DNA of 64,000 bases from a virus. The stretch spans positions 32,001 through 96,000 of the IMG/VR virus record IMGVR_UViG_3300037516_001783; one strand, given 5' to 3'. Of this stretch, positions 18,208 to 28,141 are shown piece by piece. Both the position numbers and the translations under genes were made by a program. Each line of letters starts with the position of its first letter. Within the stretch, counting starts at the first letter, position 1. The notes beneath the pieces were generated by a model that ran no database searches, was not told the DNA's origin, and saw only the letters and a program-made list of their open reading frames with translations.

Positions 18208-19245
18208 TTAATAAAGTAAGAATGAGTTGTCTCTTTCACCAACATTTATTTTTGACCTTTGTTTACCAACACCAACTTTCATTTTCCAATACTTTTGGTA
18301 TTCACATAACATCATTTCTATATTGTGTAATGTAAGTTCACCTGTTTCAGAAACTTCATATACCTTTTTAACCTTGTTCCAAGTTGTATATTTAAAATCT
18401 TCAACTTGTTCGTTAAACATGTCTCTTAGTAAACCTATGCCACCAATTATTTCCTTTTCTTGTAAGCTTGGAAAAATTAATCTCAACCCAACTTTACATC
18501 CTGGACCGACATTGGTGAAATCATTTTGGTCAAATTTGAACTTGAAATTCTTACAGTAAATTGTTATGTAAGTTAAGTCTTGATATAATTCATGACTAAC
18601 AAAATGTGAAACAGAAGATATCGTTTCAAAACATTTTATCAATGGTTTTACATCATTTCCTTTAGCAAGAGTTTCTATTTTACTTAACAACGAAATCATC
18701 TTTGGGATAACCTTATTACAGAAATGCCAATCTCTTGTATGACCTATAGAACCTACGCTGTTTGTACAGTATGCATTTGTAAAAGGATTCCCACCAGACA
18801 TCCTAAATTCCTTCAAAAGTTCTTCAAAAACAATTGGGTCATATTCTTCTGGTGTTGGGATACCTCTGTATGGAGAGTTCTTAATTAACCAAGAAAACAA
18901 CAAATTGTTGTTAAAGAATTTAAAGAAGAACATGTAATAATACAACAACTTTATATCATCATTTGCATACGTAATTGCAGAACCTTTTAAATTTTTAGTA
19001 TCAAAAGGTATCATTATTTTACTAATCAAGAATTGACTTTCCCTGTCTAATTCCCTGTAAACATTTGTGAATTTGTTGTTTAATAGAATTTGGTCTTTAG
19101 TCCAAGGTTTTGGTTCTTTTAAAAACCTTTTGAACCAAATATCTTGCCTCTCTTTAACTACGTAGAAAAATTCTTCTAAATTCTCTTGACAGACATCTAA
19201 ATCTTCTGAAGGCAAGAACTTCTCAAATGTATGAGGTTTTTTCAT
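18208..19245 (-). CDS. aGPT-Pplase1 family (amino acid:DNA transferase; thymidine hypermodification)
   Basis: ERQDIWFKR...KPWTKDQIL..KFTNVYRELDRES, FTNAY, DLTY, NVGPGCKVGL, IEMMLCEYQKY. Confidence 0.85.
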   Translation of the reverse strand: MKKPHTFEKFLPSEDLDVCQENLEEFFYVVKERQDIWFKRFLKEPKPWTKDQILLNNKFTNVYRELDRESQFLISKIMIPFDTKNLKGSAITYANDDIKLLYYYMFFFKFFNNNLLFSWLIKNSPYRGIPTPEEYDPIVFEELLKEFRMSGGNPFTNAYCTNSVGSIGHTRDWHFCNKVIPKMISLLSKIETLAKGNDVKPLIKCFETISSVSHFVSHELYQDLTYITIYCKNFKFKFDQNDFTNVGPGCKVGLRLIFPSLQEKEIIGGIGLLRDMFNEQVEDFKYTTWNKVKKVYEVSETGELTLHNIEMMLCEYQKYWKMKVGVGKQRSKINVGERDNSFLLY

Positions 19246-19583
19246 TATTTCAAAATAAATTTAATCCTTTTATCAGAAGATTTCATTTTATCTTCTACAA
19301 ATTTTTGAACTGCTAAAACAGATTCATAACTAAGGAATGTGTTTGTATTCACACCAGAATAAGTTTCTGGTAATTCACTATCGTCTACATAAAGTTTCTT
19401 ATGTGACAATGAACAAACAACAGGTTGTTTTAATTTGTTTACTTTACTAACAACTTGTATTGGATAGTAAGAATGAACTAAATGTAAAACGAATTTAAGC
19501 GATTTACTATCTTCGTATTTCTTATGTAATTCTGAAACTAATCTTTCAACCTCTTCAACTTTATCAACTTCTTCTTGAAACAT
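19245..19583 (-). CDS. Hypothetical protein
   Basis: Overlaps next start by 1 nt; no motif recognised. Confidence 0.6.
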   Translation of the reverse strand: MFQEEVDKVEEVERLVSELHKKYEDSKSLKFVLHLVHSYYPIQVVSKVNKLKQPVVCSLSHKKLYVDDSELPETYSGVNTNTFLSYESVLAVQKFVEDKMKSSDKRIKFILK

Positions 19584-19734
19584 ATCATTGTTTTTTCACA
19601 AAAATACCTGTTATTTAAAGTAAATCAACTCACAAACAGTAACACCTTTGATGTGCATTACCTTCAGAACTGCGTTACTTAATCTATGGACGTTGTTATT
19701 TTCTACCTTAACAACGTCCTTCTTTTTTACTATT

Positions 19735-19992
19735 TTAGACATCTTTACAATTTTCTCTGAAGACTCTACCTTCAAGTTCACAAACTTTAAATTTATAAGC
19801 TTGTTTGTTTCCTACAATCACCTTACCACTTTCCAAAATATGTGATTCTTGTTTTTTATGTAAGATAATGGTATCATTCAAGCTTAGACTTTTAAAATTC
19901 ACAGTAAGATTTAGTGATTTATAAAACGTCAACCAATTAACATATTCTTTAGGACATTCAATTGGTAAATCAACATAAACAACTTTACTCAC
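19735..19992 (-). CDS. Hypothetical protein
   Basis: ORF track, packed operon. Confidence 0.55.
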   Translation of the reverse strand: MSKVVYVDLPIECPKEYVNWLTFYKSLNLTVNFKSLSLNDTIILHKKQESHILESGKVIVGNKQAYKFKVCELEGRVFRENCKDV

Positions 19993-20410
19993 TTTTTTCC
20001 TTTTTAACTCTTTTGGTTTTGTTTACTTCTTTGTCTAAAATCTTCATTTGATTTTCATCAACGAACCTTACATTACCATTTTGGATTTCATCTAAACATA
20101 ATTGAAACATGTCTTTTATGTTAAAAAGTTCCTCCTCCATATCCTTGATTTTGATGAACCTATTAAGTTTATTCCTCATCATCAAGTATTTCCTATTGAG
20201 TTCAATGAAGTCCTTTTTTATGTCTTTCAATTCCTTTGATTTGAAATCCTGTTGTAAGGCAACTGCTAAATGTTCTAAACCGTATTCAACACAAACAGCA
20301 GAATTAATGAAGTTCATTCTATTCTTAGAAATAGACTCATTAATTTCTTCTAAATTAGAATTCTTGTTTTCTAAAATAGTTTTTATTTTTGAACCTAAAT
20401 TACTACTCAT
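19985..20410 (-). CDS. Hypothetical helical protein
   Basis: ORF track, overlaps ligase stop. Confidence 0.6.
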   Translation of the reverse strand: MSSNLGSKIKTILENKNSNLEEINESISKNRMNFINSAVCVEYGLEHLAVALQQDFKSKELKDIKKDFIELNRKYLMMRNKLNRFIKIKDMEEELFNIKDMFQLCLDEIQNGNVRFVDENQMKILDKEVNKTKRVKKEKSE

Positions 20411-21524
20411 ATTCCTCTCTGTTTATATTGATGATTACAGGGAATCTTGGAATTCCATCAGGAGTTAAGTTCTGATATTTACAAGTAGCAGATTTACCAA
20501 TGAAATCTTTTTTCTTTAACAACAACATTTTGTAATATTCTCTATCACCTTTAATGTTGGAGTTGAAAACCTTTCCAGTCACCCTATCCTTTAAAACGAT
20601 ACCTCCAGCCATTCCTGCTCTTTCACCGTTACCTTCTTCTACATCAACAATTTCGAACTCCTCAGTAATCATTTCCTTTCTTTTTAACAAAGACTTACTT
20701 CTGTTATTTTCGTAGGCTGATAATGACGCTCTAACCATTTGACCTTCATAACCTTCTTCCAAGAATTTACCGTAAAGTTCATCAAGATGTTCGTCTGATT
20801 CAACTTCAATGGTTTCAACCAACTTTAAATATTTGAAATCGTGTTTTTCAAATATCATTTCTAACAGCTGGAATCTTTCAACAAAAGAAACGTGTTTATG
20901 TTCTGGTAATTGTATGTCGTAGATGTGGTATTCTAAAAATTCTTCTGAGATTTGTAAGTCAGATTCAGAAGGTTTTGTTTTCTTAGCGTAAGAAATGATT
21001 TTGTTAAAATCTTCTTTTAAAATGTGGTTGTAAATTTCACCGTCGATAACACAAGGTAAATTAATTTCCTCCTCCAGGATAGCAAGTTCTTTATCAAAAT
21101 GAGGAACAGAAATTACAGGTTTACCACCTCTACTGAATTTACCGTTTTCATTTTTCACCATCCTCATACCATCCAATTTAGGCTGGCAGTGTCTTCTTTT
21201 ACCTATTAGAGAACCTTTCATTTTCTCATATTCGAAGGCTAACATAGGAGCAACCATTTCTAATTTAGCAACGTCAATTAAGCTTAAACTGTGGGTGTAA
21301 CCATTGTCTAACTTCTTAACTTGTTTTGCTCTTGCTTCCAATTGGGCTTGTTCTTCTGGTGAAGTTTCATTGCTTCTACCGATATTTTTACCTTTACAAA
21401 CTGTCCAAGCAGAAGTGGTTCTAACACCTTCAATCTGACCTTCTACAGTTCTGTATTTATTACCTTCTACGATAATTTCCCAAACTTGGATGGCTCCAGT
21501 TTTAGTTCTTTTATATAACTCCAT
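20403..21524 (-). CDS. lig: ATP-dependent DNA ligase
   Basis: APMLA, QPKLDGMR (motif I), IDGEIY, YHIYD, GYEGQMVR, LLKRK, GIPRFP. Confidence 0.93.
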   Translation of the reverse strand: MELYKRTKTGAIQVWEIIVEGNKYRTVEGQIEGVRTTSAWTVCKGKNIGRSNETSPEEQAQLEARAKQVKKLDNGYTHSLSLIDVAKLEMVAPMLAFEYEKMKGSLIGKRRHCQPKLDGMRMVKNENGKFSRGGKPVISVPHFDKELAILEEEINLPCVIDGEIYNHILKEDFNKIISYAKKTKPSESDLQISEEFLEYHIYDIQLPEHKHVSFVERFQLLEMIFEKHDFKYLKLVETIEVESDEHLDELYGKFLEEGYEGQMVRASLSAYENNRSKSLLKRKEMITEEFEIVDVEEGNGERAGMAGGIVLKDRVTGKVFNSNIKGDREYYKMLLLKKKDFIGKSATCKYQNLTPDGIPRFPVIININREEYE

Positions 21525-21563
21525 GATTAAATAATTGATTAATTGAATTTTTTAAAACGCTGT

Positions 21564-21656
21564 TTAATACAGTAAAATGTCTAACAGATTAATGAAATTA
21601 AATGCAAGACAAACAACGCTTACGAAGAGAGTACCTATTACAAATATAATGTTCAT
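21564..21656 (-). CDS. 30-aa single-TM peptide
   Basis: Manual ORF MNIIFVIGTLFVSVVCLAFNFINLLDILLY directly behind a promoter cassette. Confidence 0.5.
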   Translation of the reverse strand: MNIIFVIGTLFVSVVCLAFNFINLLDILLY

Positions 21657-21671
21657 AATTTTCTAACTGAT

Positions 21672-21739
21672 TTAACACTACAAAAATAGTGGTTTTAAAA
21701 TCAATTAGAAAATTATGTTTAATTAGAAAAGACCGTTTT
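21672..21739 (-). promoter_or_regulatory. Host-type promoter with degenerate operator
   Basis: TATTTTTG (TAnnTTTG) at 21681-21688; distal box AAAACGGTCTTTTC at the same distance as in the four intact cassettes. Confidence 0.65.
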
Positions 21740-22907
21740 ATAGGTTTTTCAATGCATTTATCAACCTTAAAGCTACTTTTGTTGTATCCATTTTTCTGGC
21801 GAATTTCTGACCATTGTCTTGAATCTGTTTCAATTCTAAACTGTCTTTTTCACCTTTGAACCAATTTATGTATTCTGCTACATTTTCTAACTCAAACTGA
21901 ACACAACAATCTTCTGGGATAACATTATCAGGGTCTTCAAAGACATTTCTTTCTATCATAGAAATTGTCCTGTAACATAATGGTTCAAAGTGAGTATAAT
22001 TAGTATATCCACGAGTACTTAAATCTATACTGAATAAACTCTTAGCATAATACTTTTGAAGCAGTTCGAACGGCACATGACCGTACATATTATGAATAGC
22101 ATTAGGATTATGAACAATGATTTCACTTTTGTCAAAATTAGGGTCATCTTGAAAGTTAATCTTACTCATACGCCAATCTTCTTTTATGTTATTAAGAAAC
22201 TCATCTGTTTTCTTAATGTAATGGTATTCAATACCAACACCAAACATATTGATAGGAACTTCTACTTTGTCAATTTGTTTGAATAACTTATCATGATTTT
22301 TCCAACCAATCCATTGAGTTGCTAACATACCAATTTCTTGTTTTCTGTTAAGCTTCAATTTATCAATAGGTTCAAAATCTATAGGAAAGTAATCCCAATA
22401 CTTAACACAATCTGCTGGGAATCTTTCTACTGAATGACTGAATTTCTTTTGAGAAGAAACACAAATGTCAATGTAATCAGCTACATCTGCTGCCCAAGGA
22501 TTTGTCTTTTCCCAATTTGCGTCATGATAGATAACAACTTTAGGAGGAGTTGGTTCTGTGTATAACAATTTCCAGTTTTCAATGTCTGCTCTACCAAGAT
22601 TATCTTTAGTAGGGTGAGGAGAATTCTTACAGAAAATTATAGCGTCAAATTTATTAAGAGTTTCAATAGAATCTGCTATGTTTTGCATTGTATAACTCAG
22701 GTGATGTCCAGCTAACTGATAATCATCTAATTTCTTCACATCATTTTCACTATCACAAGTGAATCTGTTGGTTGGAGTTGCATAAAAGAATGTAGGTTCT
22801 ACACCGTTTCTTCTTAAACCCTTTTGAATTTCTTTATTCCACGTAACAATACCTCCTGCATTGTTTATAGGAAAGAAAATCATTGCTACTTTTTCTATTT
22901 TCCTCAT
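21738..22907 (-). CDS. GT-B fold glycosyltransferase (possible DNA modification)
   Basis: NNAGGIVTW acceptor-loop motif, YHD, WIGWKN, IDLS..GYTNYTHFE.L C-terminal Rossmann motif. Confidence 0.7.
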   Translation of the reverse strand: MRKIEKVAMIFFPINNAGGIVTWNKEIQKGLRRNGVEPTFFYATPTNRFTCDSENDVKKLDDYQLAGHHLSYTMQNIADSIETLNKFDAIIFCKNSPHPTKDNLGRADIENWKLLYTEPTPPKVVIYHDANWEKTNPWAADVADYIDICVSSQKKFSHSVERFPADCVKYWDYFPIDFEPIDKLKLNRKQEIGMLATQWIGWKNHDKLFKQIDKVEVPINMFGVGIEYHYIKKTDEFLNNIKEDWRMSKINFQDDPNFDKSEIIVHNPNAIHNMYGHVPFELLQKYYAKSLFSIDLSTRGYTNYTHFEPLCYRTISMIERNVFEDPDNVIPEDCCVQFELENVAEYINWFKGEKDSLELKQIQDNGQKFARKMDTTKVALRLINALKNL

Positions 22908-22908
22908 C

Positions 22909-23340
22909 TTAATTAAAGAATTGTTTTACTTCTCTCACTTTTCTATTTAACATTGCTATCTCTAACAATTTAATTGACTTTGTTAAGTCCATTTTACCTT
23001 CAGTATCTGTTACCAGAACTAATTCTTCAGAAGTGTAGTTAGAAAGGAAATCTATTGATTCTACCCAAGACTTAAGAATATCAATTTCTATTGTTCTGTA
23101 ACCTGATAACAAATCTTTATCTGAAGTTGTAAGCTTTATAAAGTGTTTTAACCTTACATCTGCGTAGAACTTCGTTATGATGTCAGTAGCTTTAATTGCA
23201 ACCTCTTTTTCACAACCTTTATCACATTCAGGACATAATTTATCGTACTGTAAACTTAGTTCCTTGAAGTGCGAATCAACAGTTTCTGATATCACCTTGA
23301 TATCAAATAAGAACTTGTAATATAACATTGAAAATGCCAT
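22909..23340 (-). CDS. Hypothetical protein
   Basis: ORF track. Confidence 0.55.
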   Translation of the reverse strand: MAFSMLYYKFLFDIKVISETVDSHFKELSLQYDKLCPECDKGCEKEVAIKATDIITKFYADVRLKHFIKLTTSDKDLLSGYRTIEIDILKSWVESIDFLSNYTSEELVLVTDTEGKMDLTKSIKLLEIAMLNRKVREVKQFFN

Positions 23341-23364
23341 GATTTTTATTTTTTTATGGTTAAA

Positions 23365-23409
23365 AAGTGTGGATTAACTTCAAAAAACTCTGTTAGTTAA
23401 TCCACACTT
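23365..23409 (-). terminator. Intrinsic terminator
   Basis: 15-bp perfect inverted repeat aagtgtggattaact/agttaatccacactt followed by T run. Confidence 0.8.
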
Positions 23410-23412
23410 AAA

Positions 23413-24975
23413 TTATTTACTCAATCTACCAAGAGCAGTTCGTTTTACTCCGTTGAACTCTTTATGTTCTTTAATTTCAAAAGTAGCTTTTATAACACTA
23501 CCAACTTTCACTTCTTCAGAATCACTGAATTTAGGATTAACAGTACCGAATTTTGTGAAATTATTACCTTCTTCATCAACAAATGAAAATAGAGTCCAAG
23601 TACCGAATTGTCCATTCCCAGTTTTGATATCTGTGACAGTTAAGGTTAATTTTTCTTTCTGACCAACAGTACCTACAAATTTTGTTTCTGGTGTAGATTT
23701 GAACTTCAAGAACGAAGCATATCCAGCAGATAAAACAGATAAATCTTTGTTCATTATCATTTTCTGGTTAGCAACTTTTTGAAGTTTATAATTGAAATCT
23801 TCAACGGTTCCAGAAACTTGAATTTCTTTAGTTTTGAAAGTACAAGTTACAGCACCACCAGCAAACTGTTTATCAAATTTACAACATTCAGTTATAGTGA
23901 TAGAATTATGACCAACGTAAAAACCAGAAACTGTTAGTGTACGAATACTCCCTCCGTAATTTCTTTGAATATCTTGTAATGAAGAATCAAAACCATTATG
24001 ATATTCAACTTTTTCAAAAACACCGTCTTGAATGTATTGCTTAATTTCTGCTAACCAATTATCTTGACTTAATTCAACCCTTTCAGTTACAGTTTCTGTA
24101 TAAGAATACGTATTCAACTTCAGGTTGTTAACATACTCAATGAATTCAGAAAAATCAACTTGTTTATAATCTTCAGAAACTTTCTTCAAAGATTGGTACA
24201 ACTTGTTAATTGTAGCAGTTTCTTTATTAAGTTGCATGCTTAAATCATTCTCATATTGAATATCACCATTATGGTCATAAACATAAGCACCTCTGTAATT
24301 TGTAACAGGTTTTTGAGCGAACTTTTGTTTTTCATAACCAAATTCAGAAACTTCTGGTATAAGAACAGACATCACCTTTTCCATTTCAATGCCACTGTAT
24401 TTGTTCAACCAAGACCTATCTCTACCTGACCTTCTACTATAATCATCCCAATCCTCACCATCACCGTTGAAGTTAAAAACAAGGACTTCTGTGAACATTA
24501 CTTGTAAGTTGGTGATATTAGTCTCTGACATTCCTAAAAATTCCTTAGAGCATGTAGAACCAACCTGTTTGAATGTAGTACCGTTTTTAACAATAAATGA
24601 TTTCCTACGAGCATTATGATTTCCTCCACAGTGGTCACATTTATTGTAATCTAAACCTAACTCTACAGGAGGAACTGTATTCACATCTATAGGTAAAACT
24701 ATTTGGTCTTGAAATAAAACAACTGAAACTAAATCCCAACCATTCAATTTATAAGAACTGTCAATGTCTAAAATAACATCAACAACTTCTAACATTACAA
24801 TTCTGGTATATTTCTCACCCTCACAATCCTCGTAAATAGTTTTTTCTCTGTTGTATGTATCACCATATTTAAAAGTAGGCTTCTCCAAACCCATTTTACC
24901 AACTTTCTTAGCAAAAAGATTGAATTTAGTTTCGAAGTTATGTTTAGAACAAGTTTCTATTTGAATAGTTCTCAT
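23413..24975 (-). CDS. Zn-ribbon plus C-terminal OB-fold early protein
   Basis: CDHCG...RRK...QVGSTC..EFLG; C-terminal FVGTVGQK...GQFG..F.DEEGN..ATF.IKEH.EFNGV.RT.L.R. Confidence 0.7.
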   Translation of the reverse strand: MRTIQIETCSKHNFETKFNLFAKKVGKMGLEKPTFKYGDTYNREKTIYEDCEGEKYTRIVMLEVVDVILDIDSSYKLNGWDLVSVVLFQDQIVLPIDVNTVPPVELGLDYNKCDHCGGNHNARRKSFIVKNGTTFKQVGSTCSKEFLGMSETNITNLQVMFTEVLVFNFNGDGEDWDDYSRRSGRDRSWLNKYSGIEMEKVMSVLIPEVSEFGYEKQKFAQKPVTNYRGAYVYDHNGDIQYENDLSMQLNKETATINKLYQSLKKVSEDYKQVDFSEFIEYVNNLKLNTYSYTETVTERVELSQDNWLAEIKQYIQDGVFEKVEYHNGFDSSLQDIQRNYGGSIRTLTVSGFYVGHNSITITECCKFDKQFAGGAVTCTFKTKEIQVSGTVEDFNYKLQKVANQKMIMNKDLSVLSAGYASFLKFKSTPETKFVGTVGQKEKLTLTVTDIKTGNGQFGTWTLFSFVDEEGNNFTKFGTVNPKFSDSEEVKVGSVIKATFEIKEHKEFNGVKRTALGRLSK

Positions 24976-25007
24976 GATTAAATAATTAAATGTTCAAGCT
25001 TCATTGC

Positions 25008-25075
25008 TTAACATTACAAAGGTAGTAATAAAAAAATTAAAAAGAAAACAGTCTTTAAAAGGAAAAGACTGTTTT
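25008..25075 (-). promoter_or_regulatory. Promoter TACCTTTG plus 31-bp inverted repeat
   Basis: -7 element 25017-25024; AAAACAG-N17-CTGTTTT at 25045-25075. Confidence 0.8.
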
Positions 25076-25085
25076 GATTAAAATG

Positions 25086-25292
25086 TTATGCAGAACCATA
25101 ACGAAAACTTATCCAACATTCACTACCAGAGTTCCAGTGAAAACCAAGTTCATTTAATTTAACTTTGTCTTCTTCTGAAACCTCTTCTTCTGTAATACCC
25201 ATAATCATAAGTTCATCATGTTCACAATGAGTTGGGTAATCTTCATTTTTGTACTTTAAGAAGATTTGTAAAGCTTCGATTAATTTTTCCAT
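25086..25292 (-). CDS. Small acidic hypothetical protein
   Basis: PTHCEHDEL..V.EED..KL.ELGF.W pattern. Confidence 0.65.
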   Translation of the reverse strand: MEKLIEALQIFLKYKNEDYPTHCEHDELMIMGITEEEVSEEDKVKLNELGFHWNSGSECWISFRYGSA

Positions 25293-25295
25293 AAC

Positions 25296-25601
25296 TTAAT
25301 TTTCAAAAGATTCTGGTTTGATTATCACAATGTATTTTGGATTTAAACATGCTAACTCTTTATGATAAACAACAATTTCATCCTTAAAATGATTCGGATT
25401 TACTATGATACCATGTATATGGGTTATGTTTGAAATTACTGTTGTTGTGATATTATTTACACTATTTAAATATTGACGAACTTCATCTTCAATGAATTCT
25501 TTTAAACGTGGAGAATAACAAATCATTAAATCTTTGTCTGCACAACCCTTGCTATTCAACATTAAAATAGCTTCTTTTATTTTGTCATTTACTTTCATCA
25601 A
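25296..25601 (-). CDS. Hypothetical protein
   Basis: ORF track. Confidence 0.55.
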   Translation of the reverse strand: MMKVNDKIKEAILMLNSKGCADKDLMICYSPRLKEFIEDEVRQYLNSVNNITTTVISNITHIHGIIVNPNHFKDEIVVYHKELACLNPKYIVIIKPESFEN

Positions 25602-25869
25602 CTTTTTTCTTTAAAGTGTTATTTGGTGGGACTTTCCCATCCTTAATGAATCTCAAGTCAACTGCTTTTGCCGCTTCTTTTTCACCTTCATTACCTACAA
25701 CTGATTCTGGGAATAACCTTACAAATTGATAATTTGGGATTCTAGCTTTCCAAATTATCTCACCTGTTCTTATATCTTGGTATTTGTAGACATATTTGTA
25801 CTTTTTAGACTTCGCTATTTTCTCAAGTTGAGTTTTTATCGTACCTATGTTATGAGTTGGTCTAATCAT
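25585..25869 (-). CDS. Stand-alone AP2-like DNA-binding protein
   Basis: SKKYKYVY...WKARI...F...EKEAAKAVD...G..P.N. Confidence 0.55.
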   Translation of the reverse strand: MIRPTHNIGTIKTQLEKIAKSKKYKYVYKYQDIRTGEIIWKARIPNYQFVRLFPESVVGNEGEKEAAKAVDLRFIKDGKVPPNNTLKKKVDESK

Positions 25870-26324
25870 CTCTTCTTTTTCTTCAATTCTCTTTGCATTT
25901 TCCTTCTAACTGCTCTACCAGAAAGGTAATGCTGAGAACCATCTGGTTTGGTAACTATATGGTCTTCATAAGATAATAAAGGTCTGTCGTAAAATGATTT
26001 GTTAAAAATATCTGGAACAGGTTCAATCTTAAACTTACTCAATACAGGCTCTTGTAACTCAGAAATTTTTGGGTCGTAAGGTATTAATTCAAAATCCTTT
26101 TCAAGTGCTGTGTGGATTTGTGCCATACCTGAACCTGCAATACCACAACCTACAATGTAAAGTGCTTTTTTCTTGGGTCCTTCAAACAACTTAACATCTT
26201 TAGCAGTAATTTCTTTTTCAACATTATCTGTAGTGTCTAAAACTTTGATAACAGATTCTCCATTTTCAATCTCATCTCTCAACTTTTGAAAGTGATTTTC
26301 CCATTTATCCTCTTGGTGTGGCAT
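25866..26324 (-). CDS. Hypothetical protein, basic C-terminus
   Basis: ORF track. Confidence 0.6.
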   Translation of the reverse strand: MPHQEDKWENHFQKLRDEIENGESVIKVLDTTDNVEKEITAKDVKLFEGPKKKALYIVGCGIAGSGMAQIHTALEKDFELIPYDPKISELQEPVLSKFKIEPVPDIFNKSFYDRPLLSYEDHIVTKPDGSQHYLSGRAVRRKMQRELKKKKR

Positions 26325-26670
26325 TTTGAATTATGTTGTGAAGTTCTAATTTTAGATTGGCAATTTTCACATCTGCTTCCAGTAACTTACCTTCCAATTC
26401 AGATAATTGTCTCCTCAAAGATATTTCTTCATCTGTTGGTTTTACTGTCTCTTCATTTGTATTTATCAAACCTTCCTCTTTAATAAAATCATTGTAGTCC
26501 TTTAAAATTGATACATTTGACCGATGGTCATATTCACCATTTTTTGTAAATGTGATAAAACATTTAGGTTCCTCACATACTGACAGAGTAAGAGGATAAT
26601 CAGTGCCATGATTTTTGTTGTTTTCTAGAACTCCTACAATTACTACTTTTTGACCTAATTTGAATTCCAT
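26305..26670 (-). CDS. Hypothetical (beta N-terminus, coiled-coil C-terminus)
   Basis: ORF track. Confidence 0.6.
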   Translation of the reverse strand: MEFKLGQKVVIVGVLENNKNHGTDYPLTLSVCEEPKCFITFTKNGEYDHRSNVSILKDYNDFIKEEGLINTNEETVKPTDEEISLRRQLSELEGKLLEADVKIANLKLELHNIIQNATPRG

Positions 26671-26690
26671 GATTTCTCTAATTTATTTTG

Positions 26691-26933
26691 TTAAATTGTT
26701 AAATTGTTAATTAATAGTTTTAATTCATCAATTGACGAAATTAAATGTCCCCAAGGATGAGTATCAGCATGCCATTTTTTACTTGACAATCCCATAAAAG
26801 TATCAGGAATTGGATAGAAATATTGAGGGATAACTGATTTTATGATTTTATAAATTTGTTGTTGATTTTCTTCAGTAACATTTATACACCAATCAGTTGT
26901 TAATTGTCCATCTCTAATGACTTCTTTTTCCAC
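26691..26933 (-). CDS. Hypothetical protein
   Basis: ORF track; WCINVTEEN motif similar to WCIWVTEN in 38439-39386. Confidence 0.5.
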   Translation of the reverse strand: MEKEVIRDGQLTTDWCINVTEENQQQIYKIIKSVIPQYFYPIPDTFMGLSSKKWHADTHPWGHLISSIDELKLLINNLTI

Positions 26934-27244
26934 GATTCCTCTAATTTATTTTGTCCATTCCAGCTTACTAATTTTTCATCCTCTGTGAGGTCAACCATTT
27001 CAAAATAACCTAACTCTTGAACGAGGATTAACTTTTCATTTAAATCCTTAAAAGCTTCAAAAAATTTACTACAACAAATATCCTCACCTTGAATTGAAGC
27101 TTTATGGCATGTGAAGTGTGTAGGATATGAATTGTCTTTTGGGTTGTTACAATTTTCAATAATCTCTTTTGCTCTTTCTACAGATACAATTCTGTCTTTG
27201 GTTAGTAAGCAATTTTTACAAGGTTTATTGTAGACTTTTAACAT
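26900..27244 (-). CDS. Cys-rich putative metal-binding protein
   Basis: PCKNC...FTCHK...ICC pattern. Confidence 0.65.
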   Translation of the reverse strand: MLKVYNKPCKNCLLTKDRIVSVERAKEIIENCNNPKDNSYPTHFTCHKASIQGEDICCSKFFEAFKDLNEKLILVQELGYFEMVDLTEDEKLVSWNGQNKLEESWKKKSLEMDN

Positions 27245-27392
27245 GATTGATTAAAATTGTTAAGCAACAACATCAACGCTGTTTTGTTTTATAGATTGAA
27301 GTGCTTCTAAAATGTTTTTAACAACAATTTCTTTCTGAGATAACCAATCTTCGAGTTGTTTTATAGTAGGAACAGCAACTAAAGAAGTTAAT

Positions 27393-27689
27393 CTACCACC
27401 TTGCTCTATATAAACCAACACTCACTTCAATATGTTCAGCAGTTCTCTCTTCTTTGATTTTGAACTTCTCAAGTTCCTCCATAGCCTTTTCAATAAAAGA
27501 AACCTTATCTTCAACAGTTCCGTCAATATTTAACAGAATATCATGAACTAAATTCAAACTCCTTAATGAATGTGCTTTAGCTAAATCTAAATCTTCTTTG
27601 TTTCTGAATACTCCAAAACCATGTTCTTGTAACAAGAAATTTGCTAAAGTTATAGGGGCTAAATCTTTGATGTTTTTGTTATCACTCAT
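27393..27689 (-). CDS. Hypothetical protein
   Basis: ORF track. Confidence 0.55.
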   Translation of the reverse strand: MSDNKNIKDLAPITLANFLLQEHGFGVFRNKEDLDLAKAHSLRSLNLVHDILLNIDGTVEDKVSFIEKAMEELEKFKIKEERTAEHIEVSVGLYRARW

Positions 27690-27761
27690 TAGAATTTTGT
27701 TTTAGTGAAGTAATTTAACAATTTAGAAAACCATGTTTGCTTGGGTCTATGCACTAATGGT

Positions 27762-27962
27762 TTACTCTTCATCTGCGTTTTCTAAGTATGCACAACTTTG
27801 TGATTCTTGTGCTCTTATTTTGAAAAGAACATTACCTTCTTTGTCAACCACAATACAGTAATTACAATCAGCTTTGTTTATGAACAACCTTAAACCTCTA
27901 ACTTCTTTAACAAGTTCAAAGGACATATCTTTGTACCTTATTTCTGTTGAAATCTTATCCAT
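27762..27962 (-). CDS. Hypothetical protein
   Basis: ORF track, start moved to ATG. Confidence 0.5.
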   Translation of the reverse strand: MDKISTEIRYKDMSFELVKEVRGLRLFINKADCNYCIVVDKEGNVLFKIRAQESQSCAYLENADEE

Positions 27963-28141
27963 TTTATTTAACAACTAAAATTAACATTTCATTTATATTA
28001 GTATCAAGCAAACACTTTTCAACTTTATATTCAAAACCGTAATGTAATACAACATCACCTTTAGACATTGTTATAGGGAAATCATATTCTGCTAAAATCT
28101 CCCAACCTTTCATTAAAATTACTTTTGTTTTCATAAAGTAT

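Noticed and set aside
25866-26324. IVGCGIAG as a Rossmann dinucleotide-binding enzyme
   Set aside because: Only a short motif in a 152-aa protein without the rest of the fold.
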